NCBI RefSeq assembly: GCF_032191835.1
Contig: NC_083223.1
Location: 123,752,001-123,816,000 of the forward strand
DNA: 64,000 nucleotides
From: Heteronotia binoei
Taxonomy: Eukaryota
Reading direction: 5' to 3'
The notes below the pieces were generated by a model. That model saw only the letters and a program-made list of their open reading frames with translations. It was not told the DNA's origin and did no database searches. Of the stretch, positions 63,360-64,000 are shown one piece after another. Positions within the stretch are counted from its first letter, which is position 1. The number at the start of each line of letters is the position of its first letter. The translations under genes and the position numbers were made by a program.

Positions 63360-64000
63360 GACAGTAAGCAGAAGCATCATTATTTGTAGTGTTGCTTGGA
63401 AGAGAGTGAGTTGGCTAACCTGATTGACAGCTCATGGAACTTGTTCTGATTGGGGAACTGTAACTAACTGTGGGGAAGAGAGTGACAGCTGTGCAGTTGG
63501 AGAGTTGGATGGAGAAGTGAGTAGTGGTTTTTGAGAGATTATCTAGTGTGAGAAGACTCTAAAAAGCAGAGTCTGTTTCAGAGCCAGTGTGGTGTGATTT
63601 TGGAAAAAGAATAGACTCTGGAGGAGACTGTTTCAATTGTTTAATCAGTGTATCTCTGTGTAAAACAAAGAATCACAACTTGAGAGGGGAATTAGTTCTC
63701 CAGTTTTAAGTTTAATATCCAGTGTGAGAAGACTGTCAATCTGGAAGATAAAGTTTTGGCAAATGATTTGAAGTGGCATTGAAAGGCCCTAAACTCACCA
63801 AAAGCTATATATCTTAAAGACAAGATAATAATGATCTTGCCAGAGAAAAGGGTCTACTAGGAAAACTCTAGTCTTAGAGGGATAAAGCTGAGTACATTCT
63901 CATGACTGTGTGATTAACCATTCTGAAAGTCAGAAGGAAATCTATAACATCTGTTATACCTACAGTAAAAGCCAAACAGTCCTAAGTCTAAAAATGTATC

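Overview
Eukaryotic, repeat-dense vertebrate DNA. The repertoire (Sauria SINE, tRNA-derived L2-tail SINEs, 5S-derived SINE, CR1, RTE, L2, L1, Penelope, hAT MITEs) points to a squamate, probably a gecko (inference). No prokaryotic features, CRISPR arrays, intact rRNA/tRNA genes or recognisable host gene were found; most ORFs in the track are transposon remnants or chance ORFs. Main content: (1) an L1 remnant at 1-2953 interrupted by a Penelope-like 3' fragment carrying a near-intact minimal hammerhead ribozyme (1958-1998); (2) a ~10 kb nested stack (23130-33201) inside one CR1, made of an L1, a twin-primed 5'-inverted RTE, a sushi-type Gypsy element and an L1 3' fragment with an associated deletion; (3) a second sushi-type chromoviral Gypsy (38624-44104) and a 1.3 kb solo LTR, both inserted in a tandem array of palindromic ~120 bp units; (4) both Gypsy elements lack a tRNA PBS and show co-varying 11-nt self-priming pairs and a PEG10-like slippery site plus pseudoknot; (5) a TSD-flanked 2 kb mini-L1 (60470-62505) with an open ORF1/ORF2 C-terminus fusion; (6) a tentative chain of splice-site-bounded open exons at 47974-53743 (+) that I could not identify. 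All motif, TSD and mismatch calls were made by eye.
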